The notes below the pieces were generated by a model. The model saw only the letters and a list, made by a program, of their open reading frames with translations, made no database searches and had not been told where the DNA came from. Made by a program: the position numbers and the translations under genes. Shown here in pieces: positions 1 through 11,441 of a DNA stretch of 64,000 nucleotides. Each line of letters begins with the position of its first letter. Positions within the stretch are counted from its first letter, which is position 1. Source of the DNA: Enoplolaimus lenunculus (taxonomy: Eukaryota); the NCBI GenBank assembly GCA_030248215.1, contig JASANG010001519.1:62001-126000 (forward strand), read 5' to 3'.

Positions 1-1133
1 CGGACATCGTGCATGATCGGTTTTGAAAACGCAGAATGCAACATGGTTTGGCAACACATGTTAGTGTTTTTGACAATGAGTCGAAAGAAACGAGCACTTG
101 GGGTTCTTGACCTCGACCCATACTTAATGAATTAAGGTTTGGATAATTCAATTCTGCTAGTTACATAATGTGGCTTGTCAAATGGTCACATTTTAATTTT
201 AAACAAAACTTGTATCTTACTCGTAAATTAGGATATTACCTCACCAGATTTCCTGTTTCGGCCGAAATTACTTTAGGTCTGTAGTCTGTACCTAAGGTTT
301 ATGGCGTCCTCCTACATTTTCAGTGTCGAGTAGCATCATAACCTCTATATAATGTACACTTTAGAAACCTGGAATATAACGCAAATATACCACTACTGAG
401 GGTATTAATCCCCCAGGTTGAACCAGAAGAATTCCTCCATTTTTCGTTTGCTCCCAGGTTTTCCCTTTATACAACCTGGCGAAGCCCATCCCTCTGAAAA
501 TGTTAATAGGGAAAGACCAAGATAATATGAAAATATGTGTACACGGCAATTTGCATACAATGTTGGTCGATGTTGGATGGTGCTCACAGGCACTTAACTA
601 GTCAAAAAGTATAGATAGCACTATCGTATTCATAATGTTTGAGCAGACACAACTTCAATTTGCATTTTAGTCGACAACTTACAAAACAGTTTCGGGAGAA
701 ACATTATCATGAGCGTAATTGCTTGCGGTACATTACAGTTTAATTCTGTACGTTTGATGTCTTGTTTGAATTGAGTGTATAATTTCAGTCGTATTCAGAT
801 TGTGTATACCACAGTTTTGCTCTAAAACTATTGCAGTATTAGAATGTGAGTTTTTATATTTCGTTTACCGTATTTATTTATATATATTTTGCAATGGTTT
901 GAGAAATATTACTGTTATGTGTTCTATTTCGTTCTGCAACTAATTCTGTAACAATATTTTTGTTTAAGCCGAGCGTTTTCAATCAAACTACATGCATTGC
1001 ATTATGTTTCCGGTTAGCGTTGTTTTGTTGAGTAAATTCATTGCACAACTAGTTTAGTTTTACCGGAGGTTTGTTTGAGCCTGCTGCTGCTGGTAACGTT
1101 TAAAATCGAACCATAAATTTCTTATTCTATATA

Positions 1134-1533
1134 TAGGGTGCAACCGTCATTCTGGTTCCGGCATTTTTTCATCTTCCGGTTCCGGCATTTTTTCATCTTC
1201 CGCTTCCAGTAAATTTTTTACCAAAATTAACAATTACGGTATTAAATTTAAGTCGGTGGAAATGAAGCTTTATGCTCAAAAATGACGATTAAAATGAAGT
1301 AGTTTTCATTAGTATAGTGCACAAACCTTGACAATCCTTGAAAGCAAACCGGTAAACATAGATTTCGGTTCCGTGATTAACGAAAATTTAAAATACAGCA
1401 GAGTAAATAAACATCTATCTTCAACTAAGGGGTTATTCTACCATTTGTATACCAAAAAATTAAAATGAATTTTTCGGTGGCATGTATTTTAAACATTCCG
1501 GTTCCGGTAAATTGTAATTTTGTTTGCACCCTG
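1134..1533. mobile_element. hAT-like MITE (CAGGGTGCAAC family), diverged copy
   Basis: Starts TAGGGTGCAACCG, ends TTTGCACCCTG, has subterminal CCGGTT/AACCGG repeats; no clear TSD. Confidence 0.75.
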
Positions 1534-1932
1534 ATTTATACTTTGATATGTTAGAGTAGAGATAATAGCATATAATCGCAAGTGTGCTTTATATCGAAAT
1601 ATTTACATTATAGGTTAATTGTTTTTATACTATATTACTTCTTAGAATCAATTTGGTCGATGTAATATAATTGTGATTACAGTTTCATTTTATGCTACCT
1701 ATATAACAGGTTTTGTTTATTATTGAGCGTAAAAAAACCAGAACTATCCTTCTTGCTTCCGGCCAGAACAGGAAACGGAACTTTTCCACTTATTTCCCAT
1801 TTAAGTGTTAATATGTTATTTTTTTATTTGCTTGCGGTTGGATATTAATTTACCGTTAATGTTGAGTTTTATGTTTGATTTGCAATGAGTCTGTAGAATA
1901 ATAAATGGGAAAATTCAGTTAATTCATTGAAA

Positions 1933-2292
1933 CAGGGTTGGAGCTGGCTTATTCTGGACCTGGCCGTGAGTGCCAGGCCATGTGCCTAAAGTATTAGGCC
2001 AATCCCGTCGGCATAAGTAAACCAAACTCGTGTTTGGAATGATTAGGCTGAGTGAGGAAGCATAATTTTGGGTTTGTTGACCTGGAAGCCTTAAAACCCA
2101 TTAGCCGTTATAGCGGTTGTGATATCAAGACGCTGCTTTCGAACATCTGGCGAAATCTGAAAGGCAACGCAAGATAGGAAAGATTATTTTGAGACAGGTC
2201 CGTGCCGCCGGATTATAAGCCCAAATCGAGTTGGTAAAAACCTTGCAGCGGAATCTGAGAACAATGCAGTCGAAAACAGGTCAACACTAACC
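1933..2292 (+). ncRNA. Candidate structured non-coding RNA (Sm-site-containing, U11-like motifs), unclassified
   Basis: Several 6-10 bp helices, AATTTTGG at 2064-2071, and no ORF in the track; see findings. Confidence 0.35.
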
Positions 2293-3127
2293 GAAGAAAT
2301 GTACGTATTATTAATGTAGGAGCAAAAAAAGAGTATTATAACTTATGACATAAGCAATGTAGCAAATGGTACAAAACTTGAACATCGAAAACCCTGATCC
2401 GGAAACAGAACGAAAACCGTGAAAATTACCGGAAATTCCGCATACGGAATTTTAACCGGAAGTTCCATCCTATTTCCGCTTCGTACGTGTGTAAAATTCA
2501 TGGATTATACTTGAATGTTGCGAAATTGAACTAAGATAACGAACTTTGAAAGAATCAACCACAATGAGCGTTATACGCTGGTGCCACGCGTCAACCAATA
2601 GTAGCATTTAAGACAATGGAGTTTTCTGATTTATCTACGAACGTTTTATTGTGTACCAGTTTTGGTTTTAGCTTTGCGAACGATATATGACGAGCCAGAA
2701 GCCTGAATTTTGTAATGTCTCGCTGCCTGTTGATGAATATGGTACGTACAATGTTCTCGAGTACAGTACGCCAGTTACGATTATGTATTTTGTTTATATA
2801 TTGTGTAGGTGAATTACCTGTAGATTGAGATTTTGCAGCTAAGAGGTCATAGCATTTGAGCAATAGTTTCATTGAATATATAATCTGATATATGTCTTAC
2901 TGACTGATAATCAAAAACGAAGGTTGTTTATTCCTTCTTTGGAACTTGAAGCTAAGTAGATTATTAAGTAGTATTATTATTTTGTGGTTTCATTGAGTCT
3001 GCACTAAATAGTGCCACAGTCACAGATGCATAGTTCGCAAAGCGTCACAATTGCGTTAGCAGTTTGCTGTTCAAATTTGTCTGTTTTCGTGACATCAGAA
3101 GTTGTTTTAAATTTAGTTTTTATTAAG

Positions 3128-6100
3128 GAATGCCGTCTGGTTCGTATTCTGGTGGCCAGGGCTCAGGATCCGCTGTTGCAGCTGGTGCTGTTGACGGAGT
3201 ATCGACGGACGGTCAGTCAGGGCCTGGTGGCGTCACAAAAGCGAACGAAGAATACAAGCCAATTAGCGCAAAGGAAGAGGCCGATTTTCGTCGGCTTCTA
3301 GACAAGTGCCATATGTCAATGTCGCAGGCGCACGAGTTTGCGGAACATTTAACGAAACAGTTGTCTCTGTTGGACGGGGTTGGTTTGATGGTTTTACATT
3401 GGATTTTGTCTCAACTGAAGTTTTTAAAAATCTAATATGAATGGCGACATGTAAAATGAAGAATGCTTTTTTGTTGCTCATACTATCACTTTTGTGCACT
3501 GTTGTTGAACTGAATCTATGGCCCATGTAAATTTTGAAGGGTATTCAAATTCAGTTTTGACTAAAATTGATTAAATTACCATTAGTGGTTATGATGACTA
3601 CGCTTGTTATTGTTTATTTGGTATTTTATTTTTTTGTTTAGGCCAATTTGGATGCAATTCTTGGATCTGAAACTGAGCTTTTACGTTTAATGAAAGCGCT
3701 TGATGATGCGATTGATCAGGCCGATTCCATAGAATCTAAATTAGACGCTTACGATAACATTCTTGCGGTAAGTGCGGTGTCGTGGGGGAAAATTCGATAG
3801 CTATAGTTTTTTTAGGATGTCGAAAAACTTTTTTGGTGGAGTCTAGTATAATAATATTATTGGGCTCATAAAAATTGTGTAGAACTTGTTTAAGTTTGTA
3901 GTATTTTGTTGTGGCGGTAGCCCTTTGCTTTTTCAGTATCACCTACACTGTCGCTTTGTCCTACTAATTCAAAATTGTTTGGTAATAAGGTTAACATATT
4001 TTCATAACCGGAATAAAACGAGTGGTACAATGACTTATGGATCTTTATTGATGTCACTAAATAGACATTGCGACTTTGTTAGAAGAATCTAGTATCATGG
4101 TTTAGATGCAATGTCTGCATCTTAGATGCCATAATATCATTTTAGAATGTACGAGAAACTGTTGAATTAATGGAGGAAAAAGGAAGTTTGCAAGGTGTAT
4201 TAATGCAAAATCGAGAACGTTTGCGTACTGATCTGGACAAATTTATTGTGAGTTTTTTGCAACTTTTTCCGATGCGATTTCGAATCCGAACTTTTGACTT
4301 TTGAAAAATTCATTCATCTAGATAAAAGTGTTGTGTATAATTAAGACTGTCGCCGTCCAAGATATCGGCTTACAGAACCTAATCTTATACCGGAATAGAA
4401 ACGAGTGAGTTATGAAATATCGAAACCAGAATTCATCGAAGCATGGACTGAATTGAAACCGTAAGTGCTAGAAGTTTTCGAAAAATGATTTAGTCTGTTA
4501 TAACCCAGTTTCAGAAATACAAACAGGTGTTTCCAAATCTTTAACTTGCATTGAATCTGAAATCAGAAGTTCGTAATTTGTAGTAATGTTTCCTTTAGAA
4601 TTTAATGGATATGCCGCCAGATCGCATTCGAATCCTTAAAGAATGTAATTTAACTGATCCTGTCAATATTAAAAAATGCACTGATGCCGCAATATCATGC
4701 TTGCTTGCGTTTAAACATCGGAATTTAGCATCAGGTTAGTTGTGTTGAATAAGGTGTGAAAGTTTCCAGCAGTTATCGGTTTTATGCAGAACCATTAAAG
4801 TAAACTTACAAGTTGTGAGGAAAACATTTTCGATAATCGGTGCAGTTCACAATGTGGATTAGGTATGCATGCCGGATTCCTAAGTTCGAGTTGGATAGAA
4901 GTTCATTCCTGGAGCGTGTTAAAAGGAAGCAGTATTGTATTAATTGCATTTTACAGAACGCGCACGTTGGGGTACTACCTTGTTAATGGGATCATTAAAA
5001 CACGTGTGTACAATATTTACGTAACGTTTCGCGGTATATATTTGGCGTCGATGTTTTCCGTGTTTTATTTCGTTTGGTTCGCTGAACAAGCATTGTACAT
5101 ATTAGTTTAATAAATTAAATTTTAGGCCTTGAAAAAATGAAAGCTTTGAAAGACCAAGAAGTCGTTTTGTCGCAGATAATTGAGGTGTTTTCGGAAAAAT
5201 TAGTTGCACACCTTTCTGCGTTGTTCAATAGATTTGTAAGTTTATATTAATGGCTGGTGCGCAAAGAGATTAGATAGAAGCGTTGGTTTGGTTTGTTAAA
5301 TTAACTTGCGTAAAATTGGTTTTGTTCCAAAATTACAATTATAGTTTGTATTAGTTTACACTAAATGGTACCATCGAGATGCGACAATCTTATGTATTGC
5401 CGAATTAAAAATATTGAGTCAAGTTCAGCTTGAAAATGAGTGTAGGATTTTGAGAGCTATGAATCCCTATGCAAATTTATGTTATATTATTACAGTCTGA
5501 ATCAGATGAACTATTTACTGCTGAACAAGGTTGCCTTCCTCGTCATAATCAAGTACATCAAGCTCTACTGCCGTACTCAGATCTGGTAACGTGGCTTCGT
5601 ATCGCGAGATTAGATGGGTTTCAGATTACGCAGCAAGTTAGTTAGAAATTGACTTGGTTTTGTTTCAGTCAGTCAGAATATAGCATACGCTACATGCATA
5701 GATTGAAAATAATTAAACTATACAAGGATTTTAGCGCACTTTTGACGTAATAATAACTGTTAAACAGTGAATTTTACTGTAAACTAAGTTGGTTTACTAC
5801 AAATTCTGTTCTGCAACACTCAGATTTGTCATACACTATTCAAGGGTTTCTATTGAAAAATGTTGAATTGTATGCTAGCTTTCTGATCGTGCTAGATTCG
5901 AATTTACTGCTAGTACTGGGACGTTGCTTAGTGTTATATTTTTGGCGTTATTTACCAGTACCGGTTTTATGATCTTCAGCCACCAACATTAAACGGAGCT
6001 AGAGCGAACACAATATTTTACTGTATTTATGTGCATTTCTGTTGACGATCTTTGAATATTGCATTGTTGTTTCCAGCGTTATATTGCTGCATTCAAAGAT

Positions 6101-9100
6101 GTCTATGGAAGGGAAATTCAGTCGTTTTTCGCCAATTTGAATCGCATTGTTGGCGGTCCAATCTTTGATAGGAAACCATCGAGTACGTGACGTTTTGAAG
6201 TTTGGCAGTGTGGGGTTGATGTTACAGATATTTTTATGTGAATGTGATTTTTAAAAACTGTAGTGACTAAGCCTTTCTTATAAACTATATTAGATGGGCC
6301 AATTATGAGGGAAAGTAAGTGAGCCGAGTATGAGGAAACTGATAACATGTTATGGTATGTATCTGGTATGTGTGGAAACTATTTCGTTAAACTAGCTTGT
6401 AACTTTCTTGGTATTGGTAAGTTATTTAGTAGGGATGTGCCGATACCAAAATTTTTGCCGAAGTTGATACCGATGCCGTTCTCAGTTTGAATTGTTGCCG
6501 ATACCGAATCCATATTTAGTACACCATGCTTAATAAACAGATAGGACATAACATTACATCATTATGTGAAGACATAAACCCTAAGCATTCTAAACGATTA
6601 TAATTTTATAAAAACGGTTCATTTCCATTAAGGTTTTCAAACACAAACGCAACAAAAGTAGCTGTTTCCTTGATCAGACATACTGAAAGACGCCTAGAAA
6701 TGAAGTTGATAGCATTGCAACTGACTGTTACGTGCAAAAAGTATCGGCAAAGAATCGGCAATTCTTTGCAGTGCCGATGCTGATGCTCTCGAAAAGTGCC
6801 GATTATTGCCGATGCCTATTAATCCGTACGTCCCTATTATTTAAGTAGGTCATGGAGTTGCAGTTATGGCCAGAATTGTAAGTGCGACGCTTTAACATAA
6901 TGTCGTTGTGCAGTTTGTCTACTTGAAATGCCGTTCAAAAGCTGACGAAGGTCAGTTTTGTGCGCTTTATTCCAGTGAAGAAAATTGGAAGCAACGCGGA
7001 ACTATTCAAGCCACATTTAACTGGAGTGGAAAGCGCTACGCAAACAGGCGATTTTTCTTCCGTTCCATGTGATAAACAACGTTTTGAACAGGTTCTGTGG
7101 GTGTTAGTTGTGATATAGTTTATTGATAATTTCATTGGTTTTTACGCAAAATACAAATAAAATGTTATTAACATGCATAACTATTCATGCAGAAGTTATC
7201 GTGGTTGTTTGCTTGTATCCTGGTATAGCAGCATTTAGCACCACGTGGTTTTGTAACACGTTTAATGCATCGGGCATAATGAGGCTGTAACAATGTTGTG
7301 TGGTATATTGTATGTGCGGCATTTCATAATTCGCGAAATTATGATAGTAGTTCAGTTTTGTTGGTTTTCAGCTCATTGAGCGTATGCTGGCTGAACTGGG
7401 ACCAGTATTGAACGGCGAACAAAAGTTTCTGTTGCGTTTCTTTCAGCTCAATTCTTCGGCTATTCCTATCAGTCAGTTGGATCAGGTACTATATTAAGCT
7501 TAGAACTGAGAGCTTAATATTTATGCAGCTTGATTATCCTAAGCTGTGACACGTGCAGTAGAGGTTGTTACTTGTGTTATGGACAGTTGAAGCTTCCTGG
7601 AACGTTCCCGAAACCCTGAACAATCTAAAAATTTTTGACGGCGGCGGGTTCAGAAAGGGTGGGTTTGGCATTGTTTCACGCAGAAATTCTCAGGCATTAC
7701 ATCTAAACATCGTATCTAATATTAGCATTTTCAACAATTGATATAGTTGGCAATAATTGTCATGTTTATCAGGAAGACATTATTTGGTTATAATCCGCGA
7801 ATATGTCATTTATTCAGAATATTGCTCTGAACGCAAATGAACATTCCAGGACTAACAAATCTCGGGTCAAAGAAGAAGAGTAGGTGGTTGTTATGAGCAA
7901 GTATTATAGGTTGCGTTTGCCGTATAGTAGATTTGGTTTCCGTTAAGCTATGATATTTGTTTAATTTTCCGTTACAGATTTTTGAATTTTGAAAAACGCT
8001 TCTAAGGCGATGGTTAAAATTCGACTAAGACTCAAAAAGCTAGACCTGTTTCAAAATCGAAGCTCATCTTTGGTTATGGTACTTCGAAACTCACATCTAG
8101 ACTTCAATATAATGATTAGATTGCTTAAACATTGAGCAGTTGTGTTAAATTTAATGCTTGTATAATTGCGGTTACATTTATGAAACTGTTTAATATGTTA
8201 AGCCAACTCCACAGTACTGTCTTTGCATAATGTTTGTAGAAAACAACAAAAGCAGTGGAATGAAGAAATTCGTACAATAATGAGTCAACTTTTTGCACGT
8301 CTAGATGTCGAACTTCAGGCATTCATCACAAATGCAGATCGCGTGAATGCGTTGTAAGACCTTTTGTATCGATTTGTTGCAGTTTTGCACTTGAATTTGA
8401 GATCTGACACTATGGTTTAAAAGTGTCAATCATGTAGCCGTCTTAAGCTGATCTTTAATATGTTATTGATCGCCAGCTAACAATATGGAATATTTACACC
8501 TTTTCAACGTTTAACTTTAATTACTCCAGAATTTTAATGCCATGTGCAAGTTTGTTATACATCATTCACGTGTTAATTCAATCGGAAATAACGGCGAATC
8601 ATGTACCTTATGAGTTTTGTGAAAAATTTTGCTCATTCTAGTTTACACGCTGTCCTTGTTGCGCCATTTGTGGATGTTTAGGATGCCGCTTCAAAGCACA
8701 AAATGTCAATTCAATATTCAAAACTTTAAATAGCTTAAGACATGGATATGCTACACGTGTTAACTGAAAATAACGGCGGGTAAAACTCTCGCTATCTAAA
8801 CTAAATAATACTTTTACTCATTTCAGTTACACAATGTTTTTGCTGGGCCATTTGTGGAGGCATATTATGGAGGGTCAGAACACAAAAGGTTATTTGGACA
8901 CTGTGCTCGGTAAATTTGTTGTTATCGCCAAACGACGCTTTGATTCGTTCATGGTACGTTGACAGACAATAATTTAAATGCTGCGTATAATGCGCAAAGG
9001 TAAAAAGCACCTACGATTACTGTTATCACTGGTTTCTTTGTTGCTGTTTCTCTGTGAGATGAATTGAGCAAATTTGTTGATAATCTGAAACTAGCTAAGG

Positions 9101-11441
9101 GATTCTAGAAAAGCAGTGTTTTGTATTATTTACAGATTTTCATGATGAAAACTCAACTGCGTTGTTGTCTATCGTTTGAATAATAGATTCATTTTGCATC
9201 AATTTTAAAAAGTCAAAAGGTTTTTATTGATGATTAGTTTACACTTTTCAGGAAAACCAGCTTCAACAGCTTAATGAAGCGAAAGTAACAAAGCGTCAAA
9301 AAATTGGAATATTTCATTTTGTTGAGCAATTTGAGGTACGTAAATTTTTGTTTTTGTCAGACATCACAAAGCGTTTTAATAAAATTAAAATCTTGCCAAA
9401 AAAATATTGAAAAATATTATCAGTAAAAAGTTTTGTAATGTTTAGATCTGTAATTTTGACAAAATTTTTCAAACGACGAAAGAACTTTATGGCATTTTGT
9501 AGTTTGTTTCTGTAGTGATGTTGCTCTGAAGTTATTTATAATTCTACGTTTTGTGAAGTAAAATCTACTTCTTAACACAAGTTAAGATTATGTAGCGTGC
9601 TTTGGAATAAACCTTTGGAAGAAAAATTGGACAATGACACGTTTTAGTCTGTATTTTACCGAAACGGTATTTAGATGACAATTACCGAAGCTGAACGTGC
9701 GTTTGATGCGTCCGCGCGTAGACATGACGTAGAAAGGCATTATTCATCTTTAATTAGTGCTGTTTTCGAAGCAGTAGAACGACTCTCACACGATCCAAAT
9801 TCAAAATCTCCGGCATCTGTTGTTTTAATGGAGAATTATCATCGTATTTTCTGTAAGATAATAGGAACGAATCAACGTAGTGTAGTGGACTGAGCTCAAA
9901 GTCAACAGATGTTATGGATATTTCGTATTGTTCACAAGAACTAAAATCTAAGCTTTATGGTTATGTTGGGAGATTTAACTTGTTTTATTTATGTTGAGCG
10001 AGCTATTAAGCTTCCACGTTATTAAAACTGAGGTGAACCATGGTAATGTACTGGTTCGTCACTACAGATTATAAATTTAAAATTAACGAAATATTGTTAC
10101 CGATTATCTCTTTAGAACGGAAATACTCATTTCAGCGACGCTGTCTACGCTCAAGATTCCGTGCCTCGACCATGCAAAGAAAGAAGCCAAAAAACGATAC
10201 CAAGATGCATTGGCGCTATATGTCGATCAACATTTGGGAAGGCCTATGGACAAACTCAGTGTGAGTTAGCTTAAATACTTTGGTTTAATGCTGTTTTGTT
10301 TTAGAGTTTTAACAGTTTTTGTTTTGTAGCGTTTATTATATTAAGTTTTGTTGTGTGGGATAAATTTACGCCAGAGGCAAGCTCTAATTTTCACATGATG
10401 CTACGGACAATTAGATGCTGCTAGCGCGGAGAATAGGTATGACAAAACTATCAGATAATTAATTGTAGTAGATATAATTAGATGACCGTGTGTTATCTAG
10501 TTAGTAGATTTTGCTTTGCTTTAGACTTTCTTCGAAGCCGTTGAAGCTGCGATCAAGCAAGGTTTAAGACCAGAAGAAGTCGGATACCAAATGAAGTTTA
10601 GTCGAACCGAATTAGAGAGATTGATTCGAGAGTATCCAGGCAAAGAAGTAGGCGTTATATTACAGTCCCACATAACTTGTTTTTGTTTTATTTTAATTAT
10701 AGCTTGACTTAATTTCAATCGAGTTTGCTCCCGTTACGCTCGCATCGAACTGTAAGAGTGACCCTCAATTGTGTCATGTGGCTATAAACGTGCGTTGTGA
10801 GACGGTAACCAACGGCACCGGACTTGAGGATTTTCAATCGACCGGAAGAATATCCTTTTGAATTAGCAGAAAACCGGTTACTTTATATCAATAGTATGGT
10901 AAAGGTAACTCGAAATGTGCGATTTATTTTAGGTCCAAAAGGGTCTAGAGGCGCTGCATTCAAAGGTTGCTAAACACTTGTGTGAAGAAGAAAATTTGTT
11001 TCAGGTGAAAATAGATACGTACGTACTAACGTACTTACAACTTGCACGGTTTTGCCAATGTGTTTCATTAATATTGAAAGCAATGTAAATGTCCCGATCA
11101 CCATAGTTGTATTTTGCCTGCTTTACTTGGTATATTTTGATTTGCAAAGAGGTTATGTTTATTTCGTATTGGAATACTTGGTGTTACGCAGTGCAGTAGT
11201 GTACTTATAAGCATTCTGCACAATACATAATTATTTATCTATGATCATTATTGTTTAACTCGCATTGAGGTCAAATTCTTTATTTTAGGTTGTTTGGCAC
11301 AAAATGCAAGAAGAATTCATTAACGAATATAAAACAAATGCTTCTCTCATGGCCCAGTGTTATCCAAATGCTGAGCTTCATATGGAATTTACCATCGAAG
11401 ACGTTTTAAAATATTTTTCTGATATTGCAAGACAACACTGA
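3128..11441 (+). CDS. sec-3: Exocyst complex component 1 (Sec3/EXOC1), multi-exon; 5' (PH-domain) exons not resolved
   Basis: In-frame GT-AG exons 3128-3378, 3642-3767, 4146-4247, 4599-4734, 5126-5235, 5496-5636, 6077-6182, 6914-7091, 7372-7485, 7818-7879, 8240-8353, 8827-8953, 9252-9335, 9675-9852, 10136-10260, 10525-10647, 10933-11004, 11289-11441. Spliced peptides [17 protein letters not shown]...[47 protein letters not shown] and C-terminal FSDIARQH* match animal EXOC1 as recalled. Confidence 0.93.
6430..6836. mobile_element. hAT-like MITE (TAGGGATG family) in a sec-3 intron
   Basis: TIR TAGGGATGTGCCGAT...ATCCGTACGTCCCTA; TSD TTATTTAG/TTATTTAA (7/8); GCCGAT repeats; related fragments at ~21800-22210 and ~40150-40270. 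Confidence 0.8.

Noticed and set aside
225..730. Possible upstream sec-3 exons (e.g. DITSPDFLF after the AG at 231)
   Set aside because: In-frame stop and no consistent splice path to exon 3128; not supportable.
1933..2292. Intron-hosted telomerase RNA
   Set aside because: Only single GCCTAA hexamers are present; no ~1.5-repeat template for TTAGGC or TTAGGG was found on either strand. Not excluded if the telomere repeat differs.
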